Shown here in pieces: positions 1 through 12,431 of a DNA stretch of 64,000 nt. The stretch is from Felis catus. Its lineage: Eukaryota. The first letter of the stretch is position 1. Every line of letters begins with the position of its first letter. Under the pieces are notes generated by a model. That model did no database searches, was not told the origin of the DNA, and saw only the letters and a list, made by a program, of their open reading frames with translations. Position numbers and translations under genes: made by a program. The stretch lies in the NCBI RefSeq assembly GCF_018350175.1, contig NC_058368.1, positions 216,134,001 through 216,198,000 on the forward strand, in the 5' to 3' direction.

Positions 1-406
1 GCCAGATGCAAAATGATTCATTTATGAGCAAAGCGGAGGGAGCCATATCATATTCAGTTAACAAGTCCAAGGTAGTGGCTTCTTTGACGTTTCTTTGACT
101 CCTCTGACTTTTGACAAAACCTGTGACAAGTCAACAGCATCGAAATTTTAGGTGTCTGAATTGCACGTGAGAGTGGGAAAAAGGCACAGTGGAGGTGGAA
201 ATAAAGTGGAAATGTCCAAAAGAATTGGCACAATTGGAACTGGGATGCAAAATATGTTTTAAATATTCACGGGCCTGAAATTATAAGCCTATCACATACA
301 GCAGGTGAAATGGGGCTACTGTGAAGGCAGAGGCTGTGAAGCAAAAATATGTGTCCTGGGAAATTTAGTAATAAATAGCCTCTTTAGCTAGAAAGTAGCT
401 TTAATG

Positions 407-430
407 CACACACACACACACACACACACA
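407..430. repeat. (CA)n microsatellite
   Basis: Seen directly. Confidence 0.95.
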
Positions 431-449
431 GTGGAAGGAGGGGAGAGGG

Positions 450-1117
450 AGAAAGAGATTTTTTCAAGGTATTGATGATTGTTGGTAATTGGCAAGTCCA
501 AATTCCATAGGATAAACCACTAGGTTGGAAATTCAGGGAAGACTAGATGTTTGTCATCTTGTCTCAGAAATCCACAGGGCAGGACAGACTGACTGCAAAC
601 TCTCAAACTCAGGCAGGATTTTTATGCTGCAATCTTGAGGAGAATTCTATCCTGTTTGGGAAACCAGTCTTTGCTCTTAAGGCTTGCAACATACTGTACA
701 AGGCCCATCCCCATTAGGGAGGATAATGTGCTTTAGTCAATGTCTAAAGATTTGAATGTTAATCACATTAAAAAAAATATCTTAGGGCAACTGGGTGGCT
801 TAGCCTGTTAAGTATCAGACTCTTAATTTTGGCTCAGGTCATTATCTCATGGTTTGTGAGTTCAAGACCCGCATTGAGCTGTGTGCTGGCAGAGAGGAGC
901 CTGCTTGGGATTCTTTGTCTGCCTCTGTCTCTGCCCTTCCCCTGCTTGCACTCTTTCTCTCTCTCTCTCTTTTTCAAAATAAATAAATAAACTTAAAAAA
1001 ATAAAATAAAAATAAAAAATTAAAAAAAAAATCTTTACAGTAACATATACAATGGTATTTACCAAACAACTGGACATCATAGCTTAGCCAAGTTGACACA
1101 TAAAATCAACCATTACA
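450..1117 (-). mobile_element. MLT2-type ERVL LTR
   Basis: Ends in gccaagttgacacataaaatcaaccattaca, the reverse complement of the MLT2 5' terminus. Confidence 0.8.
785..1031 (+). mobile_element. CanSINE (older subfamily) inserted in an MLT2 LTR
   Basis: tRNA-like head gggtggcttag, (CT)n tract and A-rich tail; the LTR resumes on both sides. Confidence 0.9.
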
Positions 1118-1344
1118 GAAACAAATAGGTTAGGAGAAGATGAGAACAGCTATACTTAGCAAGACACAATTACTCACTGAAAAGTGGAGTTTCAACTAGG
1201 GAATCAGTTGGCATGAACTAATGGAAATATTGCTCATTAATTGAGATTCTAGTATAGATGAAGCGTATAGTGTTTTATTCCCGATATTATAATACTATGT
1301 TGTGTTACTTACACAGTATTTGCACACCTTTTTATGTGGCGTTC

Positions 1345-1553
1345 TTCTTTCTTTCTTGCTTTCTTGCTTTCCCTTTGAAAAAGGCAGAGAGTGCGAACAG
1401 GGGAGGGACACAGACAGAGGGAGACTCTCAAGCAGGTTCCACACTGTCAGTCCAGAGCCCGATGCAGGGTTTGAACTCAGGAAACCTTGAGATCATGACC
1501 TGAGCCAAAATCAAGAGTCAGACGCTCAACCCACTGAGCCACCCAGGTGCCCC
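1345..1553 (-). mobile_element. CanSINE
   Basis: gagatcatgacctgagcc...ctgagccacccaggtgcccc; degenerate TSD tatgtg..ttc. Confidence 0.92.
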
Positions 1554-2824
1554 TATGTGATATTCCTTAAATCAATTTTGTTGTTCACTTATGACAACTT
1601 GTTTAATCTTTCTAACTTCCTAAGATGTGGCATATTGCTCTAAAGTGCCAAGACTTTAATTCATTGAGAATAGGGATTCAGTTGTTTAACAAATATAAAT
1701 AAATTATTTCCATTATTTATTCATTCAGTGATACAGATGTATCTGGAATATGTCAAGTGCCAGGTTTTATGCTTAAAGCTAATATGCAAATGGGATGATA
1801 CAGAATTGATAGATGAACTACAATGTCAAAGAACTATATTTTAAGACCCTGGGATGGAGAGAGACAATGTTGAAAGCAATTATGTAATACAATTCCAAAA
1901 TTTTAAAAATACCCAAATAATAATTATCGTGCTTCCATCTCTAACCTTAGAAAAGATGAATTAAGTAAACTGACAGAAAATTCATAGAATGAGATATAAA
2001 ATTATTGTAGTGTATATTTCAGCCAACCAAAATTACATAAAACTTATCTCAGCCTAGATCTTGGTTGATTAAGTATACTTCCTTAAGTATAGATTGTCAG
2101 TATAAAAAATCCAACTAAGAAATCATATTGAACTTTGGCATGTGAATATATATTTTAAGAAAAAAGTGGCCACGATATTTCTAACATCCAATTTTGATAT
2201 GAGGAAGGCATGGGCACTTAAATTGTTTAGAAATATTTCATTGTGACATTCTATAGCTTTGGAAGAGACTTTTATCAGTCCGTTTGTGAATTGAGGTTGA
2301 GTTTGGGCAATTTAGGGGAGTTCATGACATCTGTATCTCAACACAAATTTTCCAAATCACTGGGTGTCTAGCTTCTCACATCTCATCATTGCCATATCAA
2401 CTTTGTTTCCAATATGGAAAGTTACAGAGAATCCACATCAGTCTTTTGACAAAGACCAGTGTCTTAGACTCTTTTCTCAGTAAAGCCTTCTTTATTTTTT
2501 ATGCTATCATGTTTTCTATTTTATGCAGGAATCTTGGCTCAACCCTTACATTAATTGCATCATTAAGGGAAATTATTAATAGCTGAATATCTCAAAAGTG
2601 TCTTCCAAGGATTTGTTATCTCTTTTGTGATTTTTTTAAGTTAAAAATCCTTTGGCATTGTTATTATAGCTCAACTAAATCCTTAAACTGTTTTCTGTAT
2701 GAAGTAGTAGAGAGTTGCTGATTCAGGAATTGTAATAAGGTTTTTATATCAGTTGAATTAAAAATTAAGAAACACACACACAAAAGAGCAACATGATGTT
2801 TTGCTCTAGTATGTACTAATAGAA

Positions 2825-2884
<60 letters not shown>
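2825..2884. repeat. Compound (CA)n(TA)n microsatellite
   Basis: Seen directly. Confidence 0.95.
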
Positions 2885-4479
2885 GTCACAATAGTATCCT
2901 ATTTACTTCTCTCGAAAACTGCAGGACTGTGTGCAAATTCATGAACACAATTCACATTCACCTATGAGAATGGATGTTGAGGCAGCTCATAGAAGTAATG
3001 ACAAATATTCACTGCTGTTACTCAAAGTAAAATTCCCACCATGACACATCAGGGTGAGCTAGTAGACTCTCCTGAAATGTTTTTTCAAGGAATTTATGAT
3101 TGTTGGTGATGTCATGTTTGGATTCCATAGGGCAAAAAAGAAAAAAAAAAGGAACAAACAAAATACATAACACTTATGTTAAGCAGTGTAAATATCCTTC
3201 CTACTAATTCAGCCCCTAGAAATCATTGCCTTAAAACTGATCTTGAAGTCCAGATATCTAGTGTTCACATTGTAATTGTATTCTTAGCTAATGATTTATA
3301 ATAATAGATTAATAAATAGGGTAAAATAAATGAATACATTTAATTCTATACAATAATTACTTAAAGGCTCAACTTGCTTACCCTGGCAATCCACTTTCTC
3401 AATTCACAATTATATATTACAGATTATTGAGGTCATGAATGGAAATCAAAATACACTTATTTCTACACAAAATTGTTTTCTTTACATAGGTTTATAGAAG
3501 TTAAAATTAGTATGTCTTAGTGGCAAAACTGTCTTACTAACGGCAAGATGGAAAAATATGTTAACTCCTGCTATGTGATGTGAACTATTTATTTTCAGCA
3601 TGTTTTTAGTGTGGTTTGACCAGGTAAAACATTTGTTGCTATGCATGTTTCTATTTAAATCCTAAATGCTCTTATTGGAAGATTAGCTGAACTAGTATTG
3701 CTTTTAGCATACATTAGTTTCAAGACAAGGAAGTCTATGCAAATTTTAAAATTTACCTACAAAAGGTTCTGTGTTAAAAAATCAGATTCACAGAAGTAAG
3801 CTCTTACATGTATTCTATATTTCTAGGAAAATATTATGAATTGCCTGGTGAATGTGTGTGAAAATGTGAGATGAAGCTATCATACCACAAGATGGCAGAT
3901 TAAGGCCACTAAACCAATATTTCTTGTAGTAGTAAAACTATTTTGCCTTTTATATACATGTTAAGTTTTTTTACAGAATTTTTAATAAAAAATACAAACT
4001 ATGCATAATTTGGGTATAAACAGATCATCGGAGGTCTAGTGTAAGTTGAACATTATTTTTTGCTGAGAATCTCTTTCCTATTTTGCTTTATTAAGATATA
4101 TGAAGTACTTTTTCCTGAATATTGAGAAAATTTTTCTGTAATTTAAATGTCAGTATAAGGATTTCCTTCAATCCCCCAAATATTCGATGGATCCAATATA
4201 TATCAGGGTGAATACAAAAACTTTTGGCTTTATTTCTCAATAAAATTATTTTTTGGCCATATTTGGCATCATGAGTCATTTAGAATTACTAAAAACAAAC
4301 AAACTGAAAAAAAAAAAAAAGACCAAAGTAAACTTGAGGTATTTTACTTTGGGATCAGCTTATTTCAGATTTGGAGTCTTATTAGCTAAATTCTCTGAAT
4401 CTCTGACTCATAATCTTTTGTCATTTTGAATATTCAATCCTATGATACCTTATGATTTATGCTTTACTTATATGTTAAA

Positions 4480-4627
4480 ATACATGATGTTGATGGCAAC
4501 ACAAGTCACTACGTATGTCAAAACTCACCCAATTGTGTATATTAATCAATTATATGTTAATTAACTGTATACATTACGGGCAGTTTTTTGTATACCGGGT
4601 ATACCTCAGTAAAGCTGAACAGAAAAA
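4480..4627 (+). mobile_element. Old L1M 3'-end fragment
   Basis: tgtcaaaactcacccaattgt...tatacctcagtaaagctg followed by an A-rich end; L1 copy A inserted at its tail. Confidence 0.6.
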
Positions 4628-5550
4628 TCTGTTTGATCTTCGTTCAGAAGATGGCGACTTAGGAGGATGCTGGGCTCACCGTGAGTCCTGCTGATCACTT
4701 AGATTCCACCCACACCTGCCTAAATAACCCAGAAAACGGATAGAGGATTAGCAGAATGGAGTCTCTGGAGCCAAGCGCAGACGAGAGGCCCACAGAAGAG
4801 GGTAGGAAGGGCTGCGAGGCTGTGTGCGCTCCACGGACTGGTGGGAGGGAGCCGGGGTGGAGGGGCAGCCGCCAGCCAAGCAGAGGCCCCGAGTCTGGCT
4901 GGCAAAAGCCGAAGGGCTGGACGGAGTGTGTTCCACAACAAGTGGGACTTGACATCTGGAAGGATATAAGCTAACAGCTCTGCTCGACAATGGGAGGGCT
5001 GGAGGACAACGGGAGGAAGAATTGTTGAGCCCCAGACGACATAGCTCAGCTTGGCGGGGAACAAAGGTGCTCACCAGCTCCATCTGCCTCGCCCATCCCC
5101 CAGCCAAAATCCCAAAGAGAACAGGTTCCTGCCCTGAAACTTGCTCGCTCTGCGCAAACACCCAACTCTGTGCTTCTGCAGAGCCACCCCTCCAGCAGCG
5201 GGTCTGACTCCCTCCCGCTGCCACGGGGCCCCTCCTGAAGTGGATCACCTAAGGAGAAGGTAGCTAAGCCTGCCCCTCCTGCCCCCGTGCACCTAGCCTA
5301 CCCACCCCAGCTAATACGCCAGATCCCCAGCACCACAAGCCTGGCAGTGTGCAAGTAGCCCAGACGGGCCACGCCACCCCACAGTGAATCCCGCCCCTAG
5401 GAGAGGGGAAGAGAAGGCACACACCAGTCTGACTGTGGCCCCAGCGGTGGGCTGGGGGCAGACATCAGGTCGGACTGCGGCCCCACCCACCAACTCCAGT
5501 TATACACCACACCACACCACAAGTCCGCACCACTCCAGGGACTATCCAAA

Positions 5551-6442
5551 ATGACCAAACGGAAGAATTCCCCTCAGAAGAATCTCCAGGAAATAACAGC
5601 TAATGAACTGATCAAAAAGGATTTAAATAATATAACAGAAAGTGAATTTAGAATAATAGTCATAAAATTAATCACTGGGCTTGAAAACAGTATAGAGGAC
5701 AGCAGAGAATCTCTTGCTACAGAGATCAAGGGACTAAGGAACAGTCATGAGGAGCTGAAAAATGCTTTCAACAAAATGCAAAATAAAATGGAAACAACGA
5801 CGGCTCGGATTGAAGAGGCAGAGGAGAGAATAGGTGAACTAGAAGATAAAGTTATGGAAAAAGAGGAAGCTGAGAAAAAGAGAGACAAAAAAAATCCAGG
5901 AGTATGAGGGGAAAATTAGAGAACTGAGTGATACACTAAAAAGAAATAATATACGCATAATTGGTATCCCAGAGGAGGAAGAGAGAGGGAAAGGTGCTGA
6001 AGGGGTACTTGAAGAAATTATAGCTGAGAACTTCCCTGAACTGGGGAAGGAAAAAGGGATTGAAATCCAAGAGGCACAGAGACCTCCCTTCAGATGTAAC
6101 TTGAATCGATCTGCTGCACGACATATCATAGTGAAACTGGCAAAATACAAGGATAAAGAGAAAATTCTGAAAGCAGCAAGAGATAAACGTGCCCTAACTT
6201 ATAAAGGAAGACCTATAAGACTCGTGACTGATCTCTTTTTTGAAACTTGGCAAGCCAGAAAGGATTGGCACGAGATCTTCAATGTGATGAACAGAAAAAA
6301 TATGCAGCTGAGAATCCTTTATCCAGAAAGTCTGTCATTTAGAATAGAAGGAGAGGTAAAGGTCTTCCCAAACAAACAAAAACTGAAGGAATTTGTCACC
6401 ACTAAACCAGCCCTACAAGAGATCCTAAGGGGGATCCTGTGA
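5551..6442 (+). pseudogene. L1 ORF1p (copy A), frameshifted
   Basis: MTKRKNSPQK... coiled coil, RHIIVKLAK, KPALQEILRGIL*. One extra A in the run at 5887-5894 relative to copy B breaks the frame. Confidence 0.95.
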
Positions 6443-6492
6443 GACAAAGTACCAGAGACATTGCTACAAGCATAAAACATACAGACATCACA

Positions 6493-9400
6493 ATGACTCT
6501 AAACCCGTATCTTTCTATAATAACACTGAATGTAAATGGATTAAATGTGCCAACTAAAAGACATAGGGTATCAGAATGGATAAAAAAACAAGACCCATCT
6601 ATTTGCTGTCTACAAGAGACTCATTTTAGACCTGAGGACACCTTTAGATTGAGAGTGAGGGGATGGAGAACTATTTATCATGCTACTGGAAGCCAAAAGA
6701 AAGCTGGAGTAGCCATACTTATATCAGACAAACTAGACTTTAAATTAAAGGCTGTAACAAGAGATGAAGAAGGGCAGTATATAATAATTACAGGGTCTAT
6801 CCATCAGGAAGAGCTAACAATTATAAATGTCTATGCGGCGAATACCGGAGCCCCCAAATATATAAAACAATTACTCACAAACATAAGCAACCTTATTGAT
6901 AAGAATGTGGTAATTGCAGGGGACTTTAACACCCCAATTACAGAAATGGATAGATCATCTAGACACACGGTCAATAAAGAAACAAGGGCCCTGAGTGACA
7001 CATTGGATCAGATGGACTTGACAGATATATTTAGAACTCTGCATGCAAAGCAACAGAATATACTTTCTTCTCGAGTGCACATGGAACATTCTCCAAGATA
7101 GATCACATACTGGGTCACAAAACAGCCCTTCATAGGTATACAAGAATTGAAATTATACCATGCATACTTTCAGACCACAATGCTATGAAGCTTGAAATCA
7201 ACCACAGGAAAAAGTCTGGAAAACCTCCCAAAGCATGGAGGCTAAAGAACACCCTACTAAAGAATGAGTAGGTCAACCAGGCAATTAGGGAGAAATTAAA
7301 AAATATATGGAAACAAACGAAAATGAAAATACAACAATCCAAACACTTTGGGATGCAGCGAAGGCAGTCCTGAGAGGAAAATACATTGCAATCCAGGCCT
7401 ATCTCAAGAAACAAGAAAAATCCCAAATACAAAATCTCACAGCACAACTAAAGGAAATAGAAGCAGAACAGCAAAGGCAGCCTAAACCCAGCAGAAGAAG
7501 AGAAATAATAAAGATCAGAGCAGAAATAAACAATATAGAATCTAAAAAAACGGTAGAGCAGATCAACGAAACCAAGAGTTGGTGTTTTGAAAAAATAAAC
7601 AAAATTGACAAACCTCTAGCCAGGCTTCTCAAAAAGAAGAGGGAGATGACCCAAATAGATAAAATCATGAATGAAAATGGAATTATTACAACCAATCCCT
7701 CAGAGATACAAACAATTATCAGGGAATACTACGAAAAATTATATGCCAACAAATTGGACAACCTGGAAGAAATGGACAAATTCCTAAACACCCACACGCT
7801 TCCAAAACTCAATCAGGAGGAAATAGAAAGCTTGAACAGACCCATAACCAGCGAAGAAATTGAATCGGTTATCAAAAATCTCCCAACAAATAAGAGTCCA
7901 GGGTCAGATGGCTTCCCAGGGGAGTTCTACCAGACGTTTAAAGCAGAGATAGTACCTATCCTTCTCAAGCTATTCCAAGAAATAGAAAGGGAAGGAAAAC
8001 TTCCAGACTCATTCTATGAAGCCAGTATTACTTTGATTCCTAAACCAGACAGAGACCCAGTAACAAAAGAGAACTACAGGCCAATATCCCTGATGAATAT
8101 GGATGCAAAAATTCTCAATAAGATACTAGCAAATCGAATTCAACGGCATATAAAAAGAATGATTCACCATGATCAAGTGGGATTCATTCCTGGGATGCAG
8201 GGCTGGTTCAACATTCGCAAATCAATCAACGTGATACATCACATTAACAAAAAAAAAAAAAAGAGAAGAACCATATGATCCTGTCAATCGATGCAGAAAA
8301 GGCCTTTGACAAAATCCAGCACCCTTTCTTAATAAAAACCCTTGAAAAAGTCGGCATAGAAGGAACATACTTAAACATCATCAAAGCCATTTATGAAAAG
8401 CCCACAGCTAACATCATCCTCAATGGGGAAAAACTGAGAGCTTTTCCCCTGAGATCAGGAAGACGACAGGGATGCCCACACTCACTGCTGTTGTTTAACA
8501 TAGTGCTGGAAGTTCTAGCATCAGCAATCAGACAACAAAAGGAAATCAAAGGCATCCAAATTGGCAAAGATGAAGTCAAGCTTTCGCTTTTTGCATATGA
8601 CATGATATTATACATGGAAAATCCGATAGGCTCCACCAAAAGTCTGCTAGAACTGATACATGAATTCAGCAAAGTTGCAGGATACAGAATCAATGTACAG
8701 AAATCAGTTGCATTCTTATACACTAACAATGAAGCAACAGAAAGACAAATAAAGAAACTGATCCCATTCACAATGGCACCAAGCAGCATAAAATACCTAG
8801 GAATAAATCTAACCAAAGATGTAAAAGATCTGCATGCTGAAAACTATAGAAAGCTTATGAAGGAAATTGAAGAAGATATAAAGAAATGGAAAGGGCGCTC
8901 CTGGGTGGCTCAGTCGGTTAAGCGGCCGACTTCAGCTCAGGTCATGATCTCGTGGTCTGTGAGTTTGAGCCCCGCGTCGGGCTCTGTGCTGACAGCTCAG
9001 AGCCCGGAGCCTGTTTCAGATTCTGTGTCTCCCTCTCTCTGACCCTCCCCCGTTCATGCTCTGCCTCTCTCTGTCTCAAAAATAAATAAAGTTAAAAAAA
9101 AAAAAAGAAATGGAAAGACATTCCCTGCTCATGGATTGGAAGAATAAATATTGTCAAAATGTCAATACTACCCAAAGCTATCTACACATTCAATGCAATC
9201 CCAATCAAAATTGCACCAGCATTCTTCTAGAAACTAGAACAAGCAATCCTAAAATTAATATGGAACCACAAAAGGCCCTGAATAGCCAAAGTAATTTTGA
9301 AGAAGACCAAAGCAGGAGGCATCACAATCCCAGACTTTAGCCTCTACTACAAAGCTGTAATCATCAAGACAGCGTGGTATTGGCACAAAACAGATACATA

Positions 9401-10539
9401 GACCAATGGAATAGAATAGAAACCCAGAACTAGACCCACAAACATATGGCCAACTCATCTTTGACAAAGCAGGAAAGAACATCCAATGGAAAAAAGACAG
9501 CCTCTTTAACAAATGGTGCTGGGAGAACTGGACAGCAACATGCAGAAGGTTGAAACTAGACCACTTTCTCACACCATTCACAAAAATAAACTCAAAATGG
9601 ATAAAGGACCTGAATGTGAGACAGGAAACCATCAAAACCCTAGAGGAGAAAGCAGGAAAAGACCTCTTTGACCTCAGCCGTAGCAATCTCTTACTCGACA
9701 CATCCCCAAAGGCAAGGAAATTAAAAGCAAAAATGAATTACTGGGACCTTATGAAGATAAAAAGCTTCTGCACAGCAAAGGAAACAACCAACAAAACTAA
9801 AAGGCAACCAACGGAATGGGAAAAGATATTTGCAAATGACATATCGGACAAAGGGCTAGTATCCAAAATGTGTAAAGAGCTCACCAAACTCCACACTGGA
9901 AAAACAAATAATCCAGTGAAGAAATGGGCAGAAAACATGAATAGACACTTCTCTAAAGAAGACATCCGGATGGCCAACAGGCACATGAAAAGATGCTCAA
10001 CGTCACTCCTCATCAGGGAAATACAAATCAATACCACACTCAGATATCACCTCATGCCAGTCAGAGTGGCCAAAATGAACAAATCAGGAGACTATAGATG
10101 TTGGAGAGGGTGTGGAGAAATGGGAACCCTCTTGCACTGTTGGTGGGAATGCAAATTGGTGCAGCCACTCTGGAAAACAGTGTGGAGGTTCCTCAGAAAA
10201 TTAAAAATAGACCTACCTATGACCCAGCAATAGCACTGCTAGGAATTTACCCAAGGGATACAGGATTACTGATGCATAGGGGCACTTGTACCCCAATGTT
10301 TATAGCAGCACTCTCAGCAATAGCCAAATTGTGGAAAGAGCCTAAATGTCCATCAACTGATGAATGGATAAAGAAATTGTGGTTTATGTCCACAATGGAA
10401 TACTACATGGCAATGAGAAAGCATGAAATATGGCCTTTTGTAGCAACGTGGATGGAACTGGAGAGTGTGATGCTAAGTGAAATAAGCCAGACAGAGAAAA
10501 GACATATACCATATGTTTTCACTCTTATGTGGATCCTGA
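6493..10539 (+). pseudogene. L1 ORF2p (endonuclease / reverse transcriptase; copy A), disrupted
   Basis: [31 protein letters not shown] and KYLGINL motifs. Frameshifts at ~7045, ~7290 and ~8260, TAG at 7269, SINE at 8894, and RT motif FADD altered to FAYD (8590-8601). Confidence 0.95.
8894..9103 (+). mobile_element. Young felid CanSINE inserted in L1 copy A ORF2
   Basis: Perfect TSD aaagaaatggaaag at 8880-8893 / 9104-9117; absent from the homologous site in copy B (~52740). Confidence 0.97.
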
Positions 10540-11460
10540 GAAACTTAACAGAAACCCATGCAAGAGGGGAAGGAAAAAAAAAAAGAGGTTAGAGTGCGAG
10601 AGAGCCAAAGCATAAGAGACTGTTAAAAACTGAGAACAAACTGAGGGTTGATGGGGGGTGGGAGGGAGGGGAGGGTGGGTGATGGGTATTGAGGAGGGCA
10701 CCTTTTGAGATGAGCACTGGGTGTTGTATGGAAACCAATTTGACAATAAATTTCATATATTGAAAAAAAATCTGATCTTGAAACAAATAAATAAATCAGA
10801 TGATGCAGCTGTATCCATATATTTATATTGAAATTGTATTAGAATTGTCATTCTAGAATCAAGACAATCGCACCATAGAAATGAGAAAATTTATGGTGGG
10901 AGCGGAAGAACTTTCAAGATACAGGTAACATCTGGTGAAAATATCTGATTTATCCTAGCCACAAACAAATTGTACAGTTCCGGGTTTTCTGAGGAAATAT
11001 CACAATGTCCAGTGAAGCTGTGTCATAGAAGGTGCACATGGTTATTATAGCTGGAAAGTGAGAACTGGGAATATGTTTGCAAAGACACTTATTCTCAAAG
11101 GAAAACACCGGAATGATCCAATCAGTATTCAAAACTTTTTTAAAATGTTAAAATAGGGGCTTATTATGATTTAATTTGACATTACAGAGATCAGTTCTGT
11201 GGACGCTGACATGAACTGGAATGGAGAGCGGAATTCAGGTCATACAAAGACCAACTAAGAGTGTTTCCCAATATTCACAATGAAACATAATGAAGATTCG
11301 GAAATGGGAAGTGAAGACAGATAGGATGCATGAGATGTTTGAGCAAGTGTACAGGTAGGTGAGGACCATTCTTAATTAATCAACTAATTAGCTCAACGAT
11401 TACTTCTTTATTTATTCAACAAATTATTTAAGCTCTTACACTATCCTAGACACACTTGTG

Positions 11461-11621
11461 TTAATGTTTATATATTTTTGAGAGAGAAACAGAACATGAG
11501 CAAGGGAGGGGCAGAGACAGAGGGAGACACAGAATCCAAAGCAGGCTCCAGGCTCTGAGCTGTCAGCACAGAGCCCATCGCGGGGCTCAAACCTATGAAC
11601 CTCATAATGAGATCATGACCT
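11461..11621 (-). mobile_element. CanSINE lacking its 5' head, next to L2-like debris
   Basis: gcaggctccaggctctgagctgtcagcacagagccc...gagatcatgacct, then the match stops; flanking tttattcaacaaattatt resembles an L2 3' end. Confidence 0.85.
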
Positions 11622-12213
11622 CATTAATCCAATCAATAATTTGTATATATTCATCTAGTCTATATGGTGTCAGTGATAATGCAAAGACAGATTGAGGCAA
11701 GGGAGAAGCATGACAGGAAGGAAGGAAAGTCCCGTATCTAAGACGAGGGCACGGAGATTGTGTTCACGTGTAAGAAGATGAAAATTCGGCTGAAACATCA
11801 GTAATGTGTCTCAGTAATCAAACATCTGGGTAAACAGTTCTCTGACACAATGTACCCCATGTGTTTTCAAGATGCATCCGAACCCAATGGCTTTAAGTAG
11901 CTCAGAAAGAATAAGAATACTATTTAAAGGCGTACATTGACCCCACGGATACAATGCCAGTCGAGGGCCAGGCTAGACTGCAGTGCTGGCATAGGAATAC
12001 TTAGAAGTCTTAAATTACTAATGCACATCAATTTGTTTGGTCAACATCGAAGGAGTAGGATTTCTCATTAGCCATGATTTGCTGTGGTTAGTATGGTGGA
12101 TATCTTCTTATACTGACAGACTGGGAGACGGTTAGTGACCACAAGAGGAAAAGAAATATGCCCACAGAATATGAGGGAGAATGTGAGTCAATAACTGCAT
12201 ATGCAGTATTTTT

Positions 12214-12431
12214 TAATTTTTAAAATATTTTCAATTTATTTATTTTTGATAGAGAGGGAGAGAGCACAGGTGAGGGAGAGGGGCAAAGAGAGAGGGAGAC
12301 ACAGAATCTGAAACAGGCTCCAGGCTCTGAGCTGTCAGCACAGAGCCCTAGCAGGGCTCGAATCACGAACTGTGAGATCAAGACCTGAGCTGAAGTCAAA
12401 TGCTTAACCTACTGAGCCACCCAGGCATCCC
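12214..12431 (-). mobile_element. CanSINE
   Basis: Full body; TSD tatgcagtattttt / tatgtaatattttt. Confidence 0.93.

Larger units (their letters stand above)
4641..10765 (+). mobile_element. Full-length felid LINE-1 (copy A), inactive
   Basis: GC-rich 5' UTR starting at aagatggcg, ORF1 and ORF2 remnants, G-rich 3' UTR, AATAAA 10745-10750 and short A tail. Imperfect TSD aaaaatctg(tttg)atctt at 4623-4640 / 10766-10779. Confidence 0.98.

Noticed and set aside
4695..5493. Overlapping ORFs and CpG island in the L1 5' UTR (also 48550-49335)
   Set aside because: Expected for a GC-rich L1 promoter; frames differ between the two copies, so no support for a conserved ORF0-like product.
10652..10686. 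G-quadruplex-like tract (also ~54280-54313)
   Set aside because: Standard feature of L1 3' UTRs.
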